A stretch of 64,000 nucleotides of DNA, taken from a virus (Duplodnaviria > Caudoviricetes). Shown piece after piece: positions 10,827 to 19,663 of this stretch (positions are counted from its first letter, which is position 1; each line of letters starts with the position of its first letter). The position numbers and the translations under genes are program-made. The stretch covers positions 1 through 64,000 of the IMG/VR virus record IMGVR_UViG_3300028048_000064; one strand, 5' to 3'. The notes below the pieces were generated by a model. The model was given only the letters and a program-made list of their open reading frames with translations, had not been told where the DNA came from and searched no databases.

Positions 10827-12764
10827 ATGGCTAATAAAACATTACAACTTTTTAGAAATGCTAGCCTTTATGCATCTCATGAGGCTGCGTTAAATGCTTT
10901 GAAAACACAACTTGAAAGCGCTGCTGATGGTTCTCCCGTTCTTGCACGTTATACTACAACCGTTGAAGAGGGTGGTGTACAGAAAACAGTTGAACGTACT
11001 TTGCTTGGTATCGCAGGTAAAACCGCAGGTCAGTACGAAATTTTCGACAACCAGGGTGGTAACGATGCTATTAGAAAAGCAATTGACGCCCTTGATTATG
11101 CGGGTTATACACTTCGTGAAAGCGAAGTATTTGCAACTGTTACTGAAACTAATGGTGTAATTGCTGCTACTGGTAAAAATCTTAGCGGCATTAAACTTGC
11201 TGGTTATACCGTAGGTGGTGATGATAGCGGTAAGATTGCTACTACTGATACACTTGGTGAAGCACTTGGTAAGTTGCAGGGTCAGATTAATGGTATGGAC
11301 AAGGCCGCTGATGTTCAGAATGGTAAGGTTGTTACAACTGTAGCTGAGGCTGATGGTAAGGTTTCTGAAACCAAAGCTAATGTTAAGGATTTGCAACTCG
11401 GTGGTTATTCAAAAGACACTGATGCAACTGGTAGCATTGATTCTACCGACACAATTAATGCTGCATTCAGCAAGATTGAAAATGCAATTGCTGCTAACAC
11501 TGTTGCTTCAGATGATAAGACTATTACAATTGATAAAACAGGTGGTGATACAGACCTTTCTGTAAACATTGATAATGCAACTTTGGTAAAGAATAACACT
11601 AATGGCACTATTAGTTCTGCTTTAAAGGTTTATAAATACAATGCTGATGAAACTGCTGCACTTGGTGCTAACGTTAATGAAGCCTACCAGCTTCAGGCCG
11701 GTGGTACAACGAAGGGCACCGCTATTGGCGATGTTATTAAGATTTATAAAGATAGTTCATTAGTTAATATCTATCTTGGTCACGTGGATGATAAATTGAA
11801 AAATGCCGATGCACAAGGTGAGTCATCTGACACTGTAATAACTAACGGTACAGGCGATACTGCTCTTGTTTATGTTGTACAGCTTGCTAATGGTAAGTAT
11901 AAATTGGCAGCAGTAAATGTTGAAAGTTTCTTACAGGAAAGTGAATTTGCAAATGGCTTGCAGGTGAACAATCACGTTGTTTCTGTAAAAGTAGATTCTA
12001 CTTCTGAAAGTTTCTTGACTGTTGATGCAGGTGGCGTTAAGTTAAGTGGTGTACAGGCTGCAATTACCAGTGCTATTGAAGGTCTTGATGTAACTAACGA
12101 TACAGCTGTTGCTGGTCAGTATGTTGCTGCAATTGAAGAAACTGATGGTATTGTTGCTGTTAAGGCACGTGCTAACGTTTCTGAGGCTGTTCTTAATAAC
12201 TACACTAAGGGTAGTACCGGTACTGCTGTTGCTGCTACAGATACTATTAATCAGGCAATTGGTAAGTTGGAAAATCAGATTGGCAATGCAGGCGCTGCTT
12301 CAAAGACTACTTTGACAGAGGTTGCCGCTGATGCTACAATTCCTGCTACTGGTGCTCCAAAGATTGTTGTAACAAAGTCTACCAAAACTGATGGTCATTA
12401 CAACTATGATGTTACTGCTCAGGATATGGCTTCTGCTGCTGTACTGGCTGCTGAAATCGCTGCTCGTAAGGCTGTTGATGGACAAGATGGGCAAACTTAT
12501 GCCGCTAATACATCTGCAAACTACATTAGTGACGCAACTTCATTGAACAATGCTGACGTTAAGTTGGATGCTGCTTTGAAGAATGCTAATGAGGCAATGC
12601 TTACAGGCGTTGCCGCTGGTAACGGTATTCATGTATCAGAAAAGAGTGGAAAATCTCAGACAATCACGGCGGTTGCTGTAACTGATGACCCAATTATTGA
12701 GGTTACTGCTAATGGCATTGGCACTAAGGATACTGCTGTTTGGGATTGTGGTACTTATCAATAA
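10827..12764 (+). CDS. Fibre-like virion protein
   Basis: ATG at 10827 preferred to TTG at 10821; Thr/Ala/Gly-rich with repeated TDT-x-x-x-A-x-x-K-L/I-E/Q; ends WDCGTYQ. Confidence 0.75.
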   Translation: MANKTLQLFRNASLYASHEAALNALKTQLESAADGSPVLARYTTTVEEGGVQKTVERTLLGIAGKTAGQYEIFDNQGGNDAIRKAIDALDYAGYTLRESEVFATVTETNGVIAATGKNLSGIKLAGYTVGGDDSGKIATTDTLGEALGKLQGQINGMDKAADVQNGKVVTTVAEADGKVSETKANVKDLQLGGYSKDTDATGSIDSTDTINAAFSKIENAIAANTVASDDKTITIDKTGGDTDLSVNIDNATLVKNNTNGTISSALKVYKYNADETAALGANVNEAYQLQAGGTTKGTAIGDVIKIYKDSSLVNIYLGHVDDKLKNADAQGESSDTVITNGTGDTALVYVVQLANGKYKLAAVNVESFLQESEFANGLQVNNHVVSVKVDSTSESFLTVDAGGVKLSGVQAAITSAIEGLDVTNDTAVAGQYVAAIEETDGIVAVKARANVSEAVLNNYTKGSTGTAVAATDTINQAIGKLENQIGNAGAASKTTLTEVAADATIPATGAPKIVVTKSTKTDGHYNYDVTAQDMASAAVLAAEIAARKAVDGQDGQTYAANTSANYISDATSLNNADVKLDAALKNANEAMLTGVAAGNGIHVSEKSGKSQTITAVAVTDDPIIEVTANGIGTKDTAVWDCGTYQ

Positions 12765-12796
12765 ATTGTTTTAAATCAATAAATTACATAAATATT

Positions 12797-12828
12797 AATT
12801 CCTGAGTATTAAAGGTTACTCAGGAATT
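12797..12828. terminator. Bidirectional intrinsic terminator
   Basis: aattcctgagta-N8-tactcaggaatt plus T-run between convergent genes. Confidence 0.8.
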
Positions 12829-12840
12829 TTTATTTTAATA

Positions 12841-13332
12841 TTATATTACCATTAGTGTAATTACTAATAGTATATAAGATACAACTTCAAATATAAATGT
12901 ATATTTTTCTTTATTGAATAATGTCCATATACCGCCAATTGTAGCAATAGAAATAATTGTGCCCCAATATCCAAATATTGCAAGCCAAATAAGAGCAGTT
13001 ATAAATGCAACAACCCCCGAAGTATAATGAATTATACCCTCTTCTTTAAGTTTGAATAATGGAGTTAATCCTGCAAATATCATTCCACTACAAGAAAGGA
13101 AAACAAGAAATTGAAATACATCCGGTGTAATACCAATCCATGTGGGAAATATACACAGTGCGGAAACAATACAGAATAGGGTGAATTGTTTATTTCCACT
13201 AAATAGTTTTTGCTGAATATAAGCAGTGTCACTTATTGATTCCGGAAGAACACCTTTATTAAGGTATATCATTAATCCATTATAGAATATAAAATTAAAT
13301 AATCCAAGTATTAGTAATATGTAACTCATCAT
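12841..13332 (-). CDS. Multi-pass membrane protein
   Basis: 163 aa with 5-6 hydrophobic segments. Confidence 0.75.
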   Translation of the reverse strand: MMSYILLILGLFNFIFYNGLMIYLNKGVLPESISDTAYIQQKLFSGNKQFTLFCIVSALCIFPTWIGITPDVFQFLVFLSCSGMIFAGLTPLFKLKEEGIIHYTSGVVAFITALIWLAIFGYWGTIISIATIGGIWTLFNKEKYTFIFEVVSYILLVITLMVI

Positions 13333-13353
13333 TTATAATAATTTAAAAATTAA

Positions 13354-14838
13354 TTAGTATGGAAAATCATTCTCATTTTCTTCAACGTTAATCGTAAAAT
13401 CATGGTCAATAATATCAAATATATTGCCAATTACAACATTGTATTTCTTTGACACGAAATTATTGGAGTCTGTATCCTCATCAACAATTGCAAGTATTCT
13501 ATCGGGTATAATACCTTCTTCAATAAAGTCAGTAACCTCACTTTCAGTAAGTTGGTTAATAGCATTATTATACATTGTCAATTCAAGTTGGATTTCCTCT
13601 TTTTCCAATTGTTTCTGTCTTTCAAAGTAATCAGCCTTTATCTTCTCCCAATCCATCCCTATTTCATTAACATATGGTGGAACTTTATCAACAGTAGTCC
13701 AGAATTTAATTTCCTTATCTTCCATTGTCATAAGTTGCTCATATGTATCTTGGTCTGTTGGATTATAAGGTTGGCCGGATACAAGTTGACATTCCTCTTC
13801 TGTGAATTGTTTTCTATCATCCGGATTACTTATAAGAATATTAGACACTTCTTTACCCTTTTCATTTATCTTTGTACGAATGTCACGTGAGAAACATACC
13901 AACAACGGCTTGATTTTCTTATTGAACATTTCAACGTATTTATCCACGTTATATTCGAAATTATCGTCACAGAAATGGTCATCCTCATCCTCAACAATTT
14001 CATTTGAAAGAAGAATACAATTGAATATAAGCCTATCTTCCTCTCTGAATGAATTGCCATATTGGATTTTACCAAAATCAGATTTTGTTATCCATTTACC
14101 ATTAGGCTGTTTCATTTCGTCTGGACGCTCTTTCTTTGCCTTGGTGTATAGTTTTTCCAACTCCTTGGTAATATTGGCTTCTTGACCGTCTATTAAGGCG
14201 TAGTAATCAGTTACACGCTTTACATCAGAGTCACCTTTCTTTGAACCGGTGTTAATGTAGTATATGCTGTCACCCATGTTCACATTTAAATTGTGCTTGA
14301 TTGCAAGTTCATACCACGCTTGGCGTGCTTTCTTTGTACCACCAGCTGTAAGTTGCTTGCAGTTCTCCAAATAGTTGGATATTGAGGTTTTTATTTTACC
14401 AACTGTTGCAATATCTTTAAGTGGTATCTGAAGATTGTATATTTTTTCTACATAATCATAGTATGCTTCAAGAAATTCCTTACCTTTTCCTTCAAGTAAC
14501 AAACGAATGCCTACATCAAGAAACTTCTCAATGTATTTTGGGATTTTTTTGGATTTGATTGAGTTACCGACAAGTTTAATAGAACCGTCCGGCATAAGGT
14601 CGGCATAGTTCTTACGTGAAAATTGTATGCACGCATCACAGTACTCATCCACTCCAAGTCCATTCTTTAAAATACCACCATTATAAGCCTCATACATAAA
14701 TGTATCTTCAAATTCGGCTACGTCTGCTTCAACGCCAACGTATTTTTCACCTTTTTTTACATTTCGGCCTTTCCCAAGCCCGATATATGGGTTTTCTTCG
14801 GTATAACGGTACTTCTTTGGTTTTTGGAAATTAAAACC
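13354..14838 (-). CDS. polB: DNA polymerase B, C-terminal fragment (frame open upstream of the ATG at 14697)
   Basis: Frame reads GFNFQKPKKY...EDTF-MYEAY...SRKNYA...KLVGNSIKSK (palm end and thumb); GGT at 14836-14838 is in frame with 14697. Confidence 0.9.
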   Translation of the reverse strand, partial: GFNFQKPKKYRYTEENPYIGLGKGRNVKKGEKYVGVEADVAEFEDTFMYEAYNGGILKNGLGVDEYCDACIQFSRKNYADLMPDGSIKLVGNSIKSKKIPKYIEKFLDVGIRLLLEGKGKEFLEAYYDYVEKIYNLQIPLKDIATVGKIKTSISNYLENCKQLTAGGTKKARQAWYELAIKHNLNVNMGDSIYYINTGSKKGDSDVKRVTDYYALIDGQEANITKELEKLYTKAKKERPDEMKQPNGKWITKSDFGKIQYGNSFREEDRLIFNCILLSNEIVEDEDDHFCDDNFEYNVDKYVEMFNKKIKPLLVCFSRDIRTKINEKGKEVSNILISNPDDRKQFTEEECQLVSGQPYNPTDQDTYEQLMTMEDKEIKFWTTVDKVPPYVNEIGMDWEKIKADYFERQKQLEKEEIQLELTMYNNAINQLTESEVTDFIEEGIIPDRILAIVDEDTDSNNFVSKKYNVVIGNIFDIIDHDFTINVEENENDFPY

Positions 14839-14840
14839 TT

Positions 14841-14960
14841 TCAGCCGTCGGTGTTGCTCATGACATTCATCCCAAGGGCATTAACTACTGTCCCATCGAG
14901 AGATATGTCGTACACAACACCGACATTTTGGCTATCCTCCATTTTTTTACTGTTCAACAT
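14841..14960 (-). mobile_element. Split intein C-fragment (IntC, 36 aa) plus first three C-extein residues TDG; ORF missed by the track
   Basis: MLNSKKMEDSQNVGVVYDISLDGTVVNALGMNVMSN|TDG*: block F VYDI, terminal Asn, Thr+1 completing PolB motif C. Confidence 0.9.
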
Positions 14961-14978
14961 ATTATATTAATTTACTTG

Positions 14979-15010
14979 CAAAATTACTAAATTTTATTTG
15001 ATTAACCAAA
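14979..15010 (-). promoter_or_regulatory. Bacteroidetes-type housekeeping-sigma promoter for IntC-PolB(C)
   Basis: Minus strand TTTG(15010-15007)-N20-TAatTTTG(14986-14979), 18 nt before the ATG at 14960. Confidence 0.75.
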
Positions 15011-15019
15011 ATATATCAG

Positions 15020-16903
15020 TTAATTTTTCTTAAACCATTTATAAACTGCTGTTCCGCAATCATAAATTCTGTACCATTTTTGTTGCTTACAGAACTCACT
15101 TTCGCTCATATCATCCGGGCATCCATATTTTTTTACAAGAATGCTCTTACGATAATTAAATCTATTTTTCCTCATATCACCTATCACATAGAAATAATTT
15201 GGCGGTGAAAAATGGGCGAAATCAAAACCGAGTTTATTATAAAGGTTGCCTTTAGACCATCTTCGGTCTGCATATGAGACAACACTATTTGGATTATAGC
15301 AATCAACAAAATATTTAAATAGTTTTGATGCCCCGCCAATAACAGTTGTGTTAAGTTTATTACAAAACCTAAGTAACTCATATTCCATTTTACCATCGCC
15401 TATAAAATGTCTTGATTTCCCAAATGTCATCAATGAAACTAATTCTTCATTATAATATAACCCTAACTTAATTTGGCTCGGACACCAACCTTGTATATGA
15501 TTATTCTCTAAGAATTTAGTACATTCCTTTGTTGGAACTTCTCTAATTGTGCATCTTCTAGCGTAGATTTTATTGTCTATTTTGTTTAATAAATTAGAAA
15601 TCATTGATTTCCATATATTTTTCTTATATATCCATTCGTCTTCAAAGATATGAATTAGTCTAATACCGTTCTTTTCGCATTCATTAGTCTTCCATATATG
15701 GTAATTTTTTGGCCTGTTATTTTCGTTATGCCAGAATACGCCATCAAATTCAAATGCTATTTTTAAAGAAGGAATGTACACATCAAGTTCTTTGCCATTA
15801 AGAATTGCCCTGTCATTGTTATGAACATCTGTATAACCAAGAGTTTTGATAAATTCAGCAATCTCTTTTTCTTTTGAAGATGAGTTACAATTATGATATG
15901 GACAGCCATGACCTTGTAAGAACGAATTAGCTTCAATATAAAATGTACGCCCGCATTCATTGCATTTTACTTCAACTTTCTTATCTGATGCTATATATTC
16001 ACTCAATACTGTGTATTTATTATCTCCGTGTATTAGTTCAGCATCTTTTATAAACTGTTCTGTTGTTTTAGTTTTATTTTTAGCAATAAGAATTTTATTA
16101 CATTCCGGACATGGGTCTCCTTTTAAGGAATTATTAAAAAATGTGTTTGCTTTCCTTGTAAATTCATGACCGCATGTTCGACATGTACACTTCATTGGTT
16201 TCATTGTGCCGTCATATGATGTATAATCCACCATTATTGACGGATATAGTCCATTCATTCGTTTTTTAACTTCTTCTAAGGGTAAACGTTGTTTTGCGCC
16301 GCTTTTTCTACCGGCGCATTTTTTACAGGAATAAACACCAGCCAAAATGCTAGAAATCTTTTTAAAATCTTCTTTACCACAGGTTTTACATTTAACAGAA
16401 ACGCTGTCTTTTTTTATATTTTTTTCTCCTTCAAATTGTTTAATATCAAAACCTTCAATTTTTTTTATCAATTCATTATATGAAATAGTTTCTTTGGGCA
16501 ATTCTTTACACCAACATCCTCCTGTTTTAGATGTAATAAAATCACATGCAATCTTTGTAAAAATATTTCCGCACAAATTACATCTTATAGTTATTTTGCT
16601 ATGACTATTCTCATATTCAGTTTCTATATTTGGTAATGAATACCTATTGCCAAACCGTTCTTTAACCGTTTGAACAAAATGTTCCCAATTATTTTTAGAA
16701 TATGTTGCGGCATACTTTTTACCACAAACAGGACAACCTTGACCACGTAGATGATTATGCGGTGTCTGCTGAAATCGATAACCACATTTTTTATGCGTCA
16801 TCCACATTTTAATTTTAGTTTTAATATAACTGTCTGGTTCATAGATATATTCATCCCCATGAACTTCACGCGCTTTATTTTCAAACCATTCGTAATTGTG
16901 CAT
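15020..16903 (-). CDS. Free-standing Hef-like homing endonuclease (Zn-finger repeats, Vsr/PD-(D/E)XK-like core, GNAT/Mom-like C-terminus) inside polB
   Basis: CxxC and HLxGxGCPxC repeats; ELDVYIP...FEFDGVFWH; YELLRFC...GGASKL...SYADRRW...RIYDCG. Confidence 0.8.
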   Translation of the reverse strand: MHNYEWFENKAREVHGDEYIYEPDSYIKTKIKMWMTHKKCGYRFQQTPHNHLRGQGCPVCGKKYAATYSKNNWEHFVQTVKERFGNRYSLPNIETEYENSHSKITIRCNLCGNIFTKIACDFITSKTGGCWCKELPKETISYNELIKKIEGFDIKQFEGEKNIKKDSVSVKCKTCGKEDFKKISSILAGVYSCKKCAGRKSGAKQRLPLEEVKKRMNGLYPSIMVDYTSYDGTMKPMKCTCRTCGHEFTRKANTFFNNSLKGDPCPECNKILIAKNKTKTTEQFIKDAELIHGDNKYTVLSEYIASDKKVEVKCNECGRTFYIEANSFLQGHGCPYHNCNSSSKEKEIAEFIKTLGYTDVHNNDRAILNGKELDVYIPSLKIAFEFDGVFWHNENNRPKNYHIWKTNECEKNGIRLIHIFEDEWIYKKNIWKSMISNLLNKIDNKIYARRCTIREVPTKECTKFLENNHIQGWCPSQIKLGLYYNEELVSLMTFGKSRHFIGDGKMEYELLRFCNKLNTTVIGGASKLFKYFVDCYNPNSVVSYADRRWSKGNLYNKLGFDFAHFSPPNYFYVIGDMRKNRFNYRKSILVKKYGCPDDMSESEFCKQQKWYRIYDCGTAVYKWFKKN

Positions 16904-16977
16904 ATTATATTTGTGTTATATTAATAAATATACGCTAATGCGTAATTGTTCATCGATATTTAATTCTTTTTAATAAT

Positions 16978-19515
16978 TTATATGCAATTCCTTAAATATA
17001 ATATACCGGCAATTAATGTTTTGCATTCCGAAACTTTGGATAAATCCATTTTTGAAAGAAATTCTTTTTTACATTCAATAGTAGCATTAAGCAAATCGGT
17101 TGGTATTGCTTTTAATTTGTTGTTTGAAAGAAGCTTTATATATTTTTCTATACGTGATTTATCTATTACAATTCCATTATTTGAAATGCCATCTGCATAA
17201 TATTCTAACTTAGTGTCTGAATTAATCTGTGACGGCTTGATTTTTTCTTTATTTGAGTTGAAAAGGCTGTGGTCTTCCGTGACATCAATACACATACTTT
17301 TCTCATTATCAGATATTTTATATATCGGTTTTGTAGTTCTATGGCGATAGATGTAACTTGGTTCAACCCACCCACTTCTGCAAAGTACATAGTACTCTTT
17401 TGGTGAATAATCATATTCACGAGCAAGAACATCTATTTCAATTTTATCTTCATTGATTAGTTCTGAAATAGGTTTGATATCAATTAGCCCACTATCTTTG
17501 TATTTTATGAATAATGGTGTATCAGGTGTGAAACTGTCACCAACGATGGGCTTGTAGTTATATTCATCCGATAAATTTGCTCCATTGAATTTAGATAATG
17601 TGCTAAAATGCCCAATCATAAGACGTAGCATTTGTCTACCTGTACATGTAGTCTGCTCTGGGCCTTGACAATTTGTATCTGTCCAAGGGAATGGTGTGCC
17701 TGAAGATGCACCTCCGAAGTAGGAATTGCCTAAAATTTTGAATGGAAGCTGAAGTGTATCATTTACACCGGATAATACCTTAAATTTAGCTGCATCTTCC
17801 AATAATTTCTTCTTTCTCTCCGCATCATTTTCTTTTTCTGCTTCTTTTGCTGCTTTTTTTGATTTTTTTCCATATGACCCTTTTAAATCTTTGTAATGCT
17901 CACGCATTGACAAAATGTATTCAAGCATTGACAGTAGAACATCCATTATATCAACACTATTATCAATATTATATGTCAAAATAATTGACGGATAAAGTGA
18001 GTTATAGTCGAGTTTTACCACGTCAGATACATGTCCTACGGCGAGAAGCCTTGATAACCCACCTACAAAGGGATTTTTTGCTATTATTTCCGGTACAGCA
18101 AGGTTATGTTCATAACTCCAACCGAGCATAATATATTTCCAAATCGCAGCAGTACCCATTGTACAAACTTTTTCATATGAAACCGGAAGCATTTTACTGA
18201 CAAGATAGTTAGATTGATTATAAGTCAATTCTACTTTATCTGTTTCCCACAAGTCATCGAGAAGATATCTCTGTACAATATATCTACCACTTACATATTC
18301 ATATACAGTATCATTTGAATTGTCCTTTAAATAATGTTTATTATTTTCATAATAGTCAGTATATTTTGGTGAATTGTCTTCTAACACCTTTGATAATCTT
18401 TTATCATCAACTTTAAACCATTCACCATCTATATTATTAAATGCATATGTTTCTGAAAGGTCTTCCCAAGTAGTGTTAATGAGTTTACCTGGTACATAAA
18501 CACGGTTTTCTTTATTAAGTTTGGTGAATTTGGTAATATATTTAAGATTTGCTGATTTAATATTACTATTAATAGCCATTGCACGTCTAACAGCAAACAA
18601 TGAGTCAGTAAGATTAGTACCCCACATTACAGTAGGGTAGAAATATTCCATTTCTCCGCCAAGTTTAAGTACTTGTTGTTTTTTCTTCTTATATACACCT
18701 TTTCTGAAATATTTAAGGGTAAAGTCACCCATATTAACACCCCTTAGTTTAAGACGTACATCAACGAAATTCCAGTCAAAGTTCTCTGTATTATGTCCTG
18801 TTATAACATCTGGCTGTAATTCCTTTATTATTTCAAAGAACTCACAAATGGCTTTAAATTCATTTTCTTTCTTTTCCTCACCTTCACCTTCAACGGTTAA
18901 AATTTTTTCATAACCTTTGTTAGTCCTTATACCAATTTGGCTTATTGCATCTTTCTCTGGGTCAAGTCCTTCTGTCTCCAAGTCCCATTCCATTCTGAGA
19001 AGGTCATCATAATCATCATACCCTTTGAACAATCTTCTGCCGGTTTGTATCATATATTGTTCGTTAGGTGCAACACAGATATATTCTTTTAAACCATAGT
19101 TTTTATCACGTTGGTTTGGATATATTGGTCTGCCGGCTTTTTTAAAAAATTCCATGAATTTAGAATAGGTCATAGGAACTTTTGCATAGAACATAAGCTT
19201 ATAACCATTCTTCATACGTTCCGGTTCTGAACCATCATCTCGTGTAGTCCTCAATGATTTTACACCTATTCCATATTCGGACATTTTAAGTTTAATTTGT
19301 TTTCTATTACCGTCGAATAGGTTTTGTGCTGTACTTTCTTTTGTCCATACAAAAGGAAAGAAGTTTTCCCTCTTAATCATTTTCTTTCCTTCTTCATTGC
19401 GGTATATGATGCTTACCTTATTATCATCATAACCACATTCAATCTTAATAATTCTTTCCATTGGGTCGGAACCATTCAAGAAAAAATCAATATCTTCTTT
19501 ACTTACTTTTGACAT
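16978..19515 (-). CDS. polB: DNA polymerase B, N-terminal fragment fused to split intein N-fragment
   Basis: ExoI WDLETEG, ExoII HNTENFD, motif A DYNSLYPS, motif B KILGNSYFG, motif C cut at IVGD. Confidence 0.93.
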   Translation of the reverse strand: MSKVSKEDIDFFLNGSDPMERIIKIECGYDDNKVSIIYRNEEGKKMIKRENFFPFVWTKESTAQNLFDGNRKQIKLKMSEYGIGVKSLRTTRDDGSEPERMKNGYKLMFYAKVPMTYSKFMEFFKKAGRPIYPNQRDKNYGLKEYICVAPNEQYMIQTGRRLFKGYDDYDDLLRMEWDLETEGLDPEKDAISQIGIRTNKGYEKILTVEGEGEEKKENEFKAICEFFEIIKELQPDVITGHNTENFDWNFVDVRLKLRGVNMGDFTLKYFRKGVYKKKKQQVLKLGGEMEYFYPTVMWGTNLTDSLFAVRRAMAINSNIKSANLKYITKFTKLNKENRVYVPGKLINTTWEDLSETYAFNNIDGEWFKVDDKRLSKVLEDNSPKYTDYYENNKHYLKDNSNDTVYEYVSGRYIVQRYLLDDLWETDKVELTYNQSNYLVSKMLPVSYEKVCTMGTAAIWKYIMLGWSYEHNLAVPEIIAKNPFVGGLSRLLAVGHVSDVVKLDYNSLYPSIILTYNIDNSVDIMDVLLSMLEYILSMREHYKDLKGSYGKKSKKAAKEAEKENDAERKKKLLEDAAKFKVLSGVNDTLQLPFKILGNSYFGGASSGTPFPWTDTNCQGPEQTTCTGRQMLRLMIGHFSTLSKFNGANLSDEYNYKPIVGDSFTPDTPLFIKYKDSGLIDIKPISELINEDKIEIDVLAREYDYSPKEYYVLCRSGWVEPSYIYRHRTTKPIYKISDNEKSMCIDVTEDHSLFNSNKEKIKPSQINSDTKLEYYADGISNNGIVIDKSRIEKYIKLLSNNKLKAIPTDLLNATIECKKEFLSKMDLSKVSECKTLIAGILYLRNCI
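16981..17535 (-). mobile_element. Split intein N-fragment (IntN, 185 aa)
   Basis: Block A SFTPDTPLFI directly after IVGD; block B DVTEDHSLF; no block F/G before the stop. Confidence 0.9.
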
Positions 19516-19594
19516 GTCTATTTAATATACTTTTTGTTTATGTTTAAACCCAGTTAAGTTGCATCTAAGTGAACATCATGGGTATTTTCGTGTG

Positions 19595-19626
19595 CAAATA
19601 TACTATATTTATTTTAAATAGTTAAA
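19595..19626 (-). promoter_or_regulatory. Bacteroidetes-type promoter of polB
   Basis: Minus strand agTAtaTTTGca (19602-19595) with a TTTA variant of the -33 box. Confidence 0.6.
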
Positions 19627-19663
19627 TATTAACTGTTAAAAATTATTAATATTTATATTTGTA

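Noticed and set aside
14757-14843. Simple read-through of the TGA after TDG
   Set aside because: The same frame continues with 27 non-polymerase codons to a TAA; PolB-C is in a different frame.
14841-17535. Group I intron as the explanation for the polB interruption
   Set aside because: The insert is almost wholly protein-coding with clear intein blocks A, B, F and G; the short AT-rich spacers leave no room for a ribozyme core.
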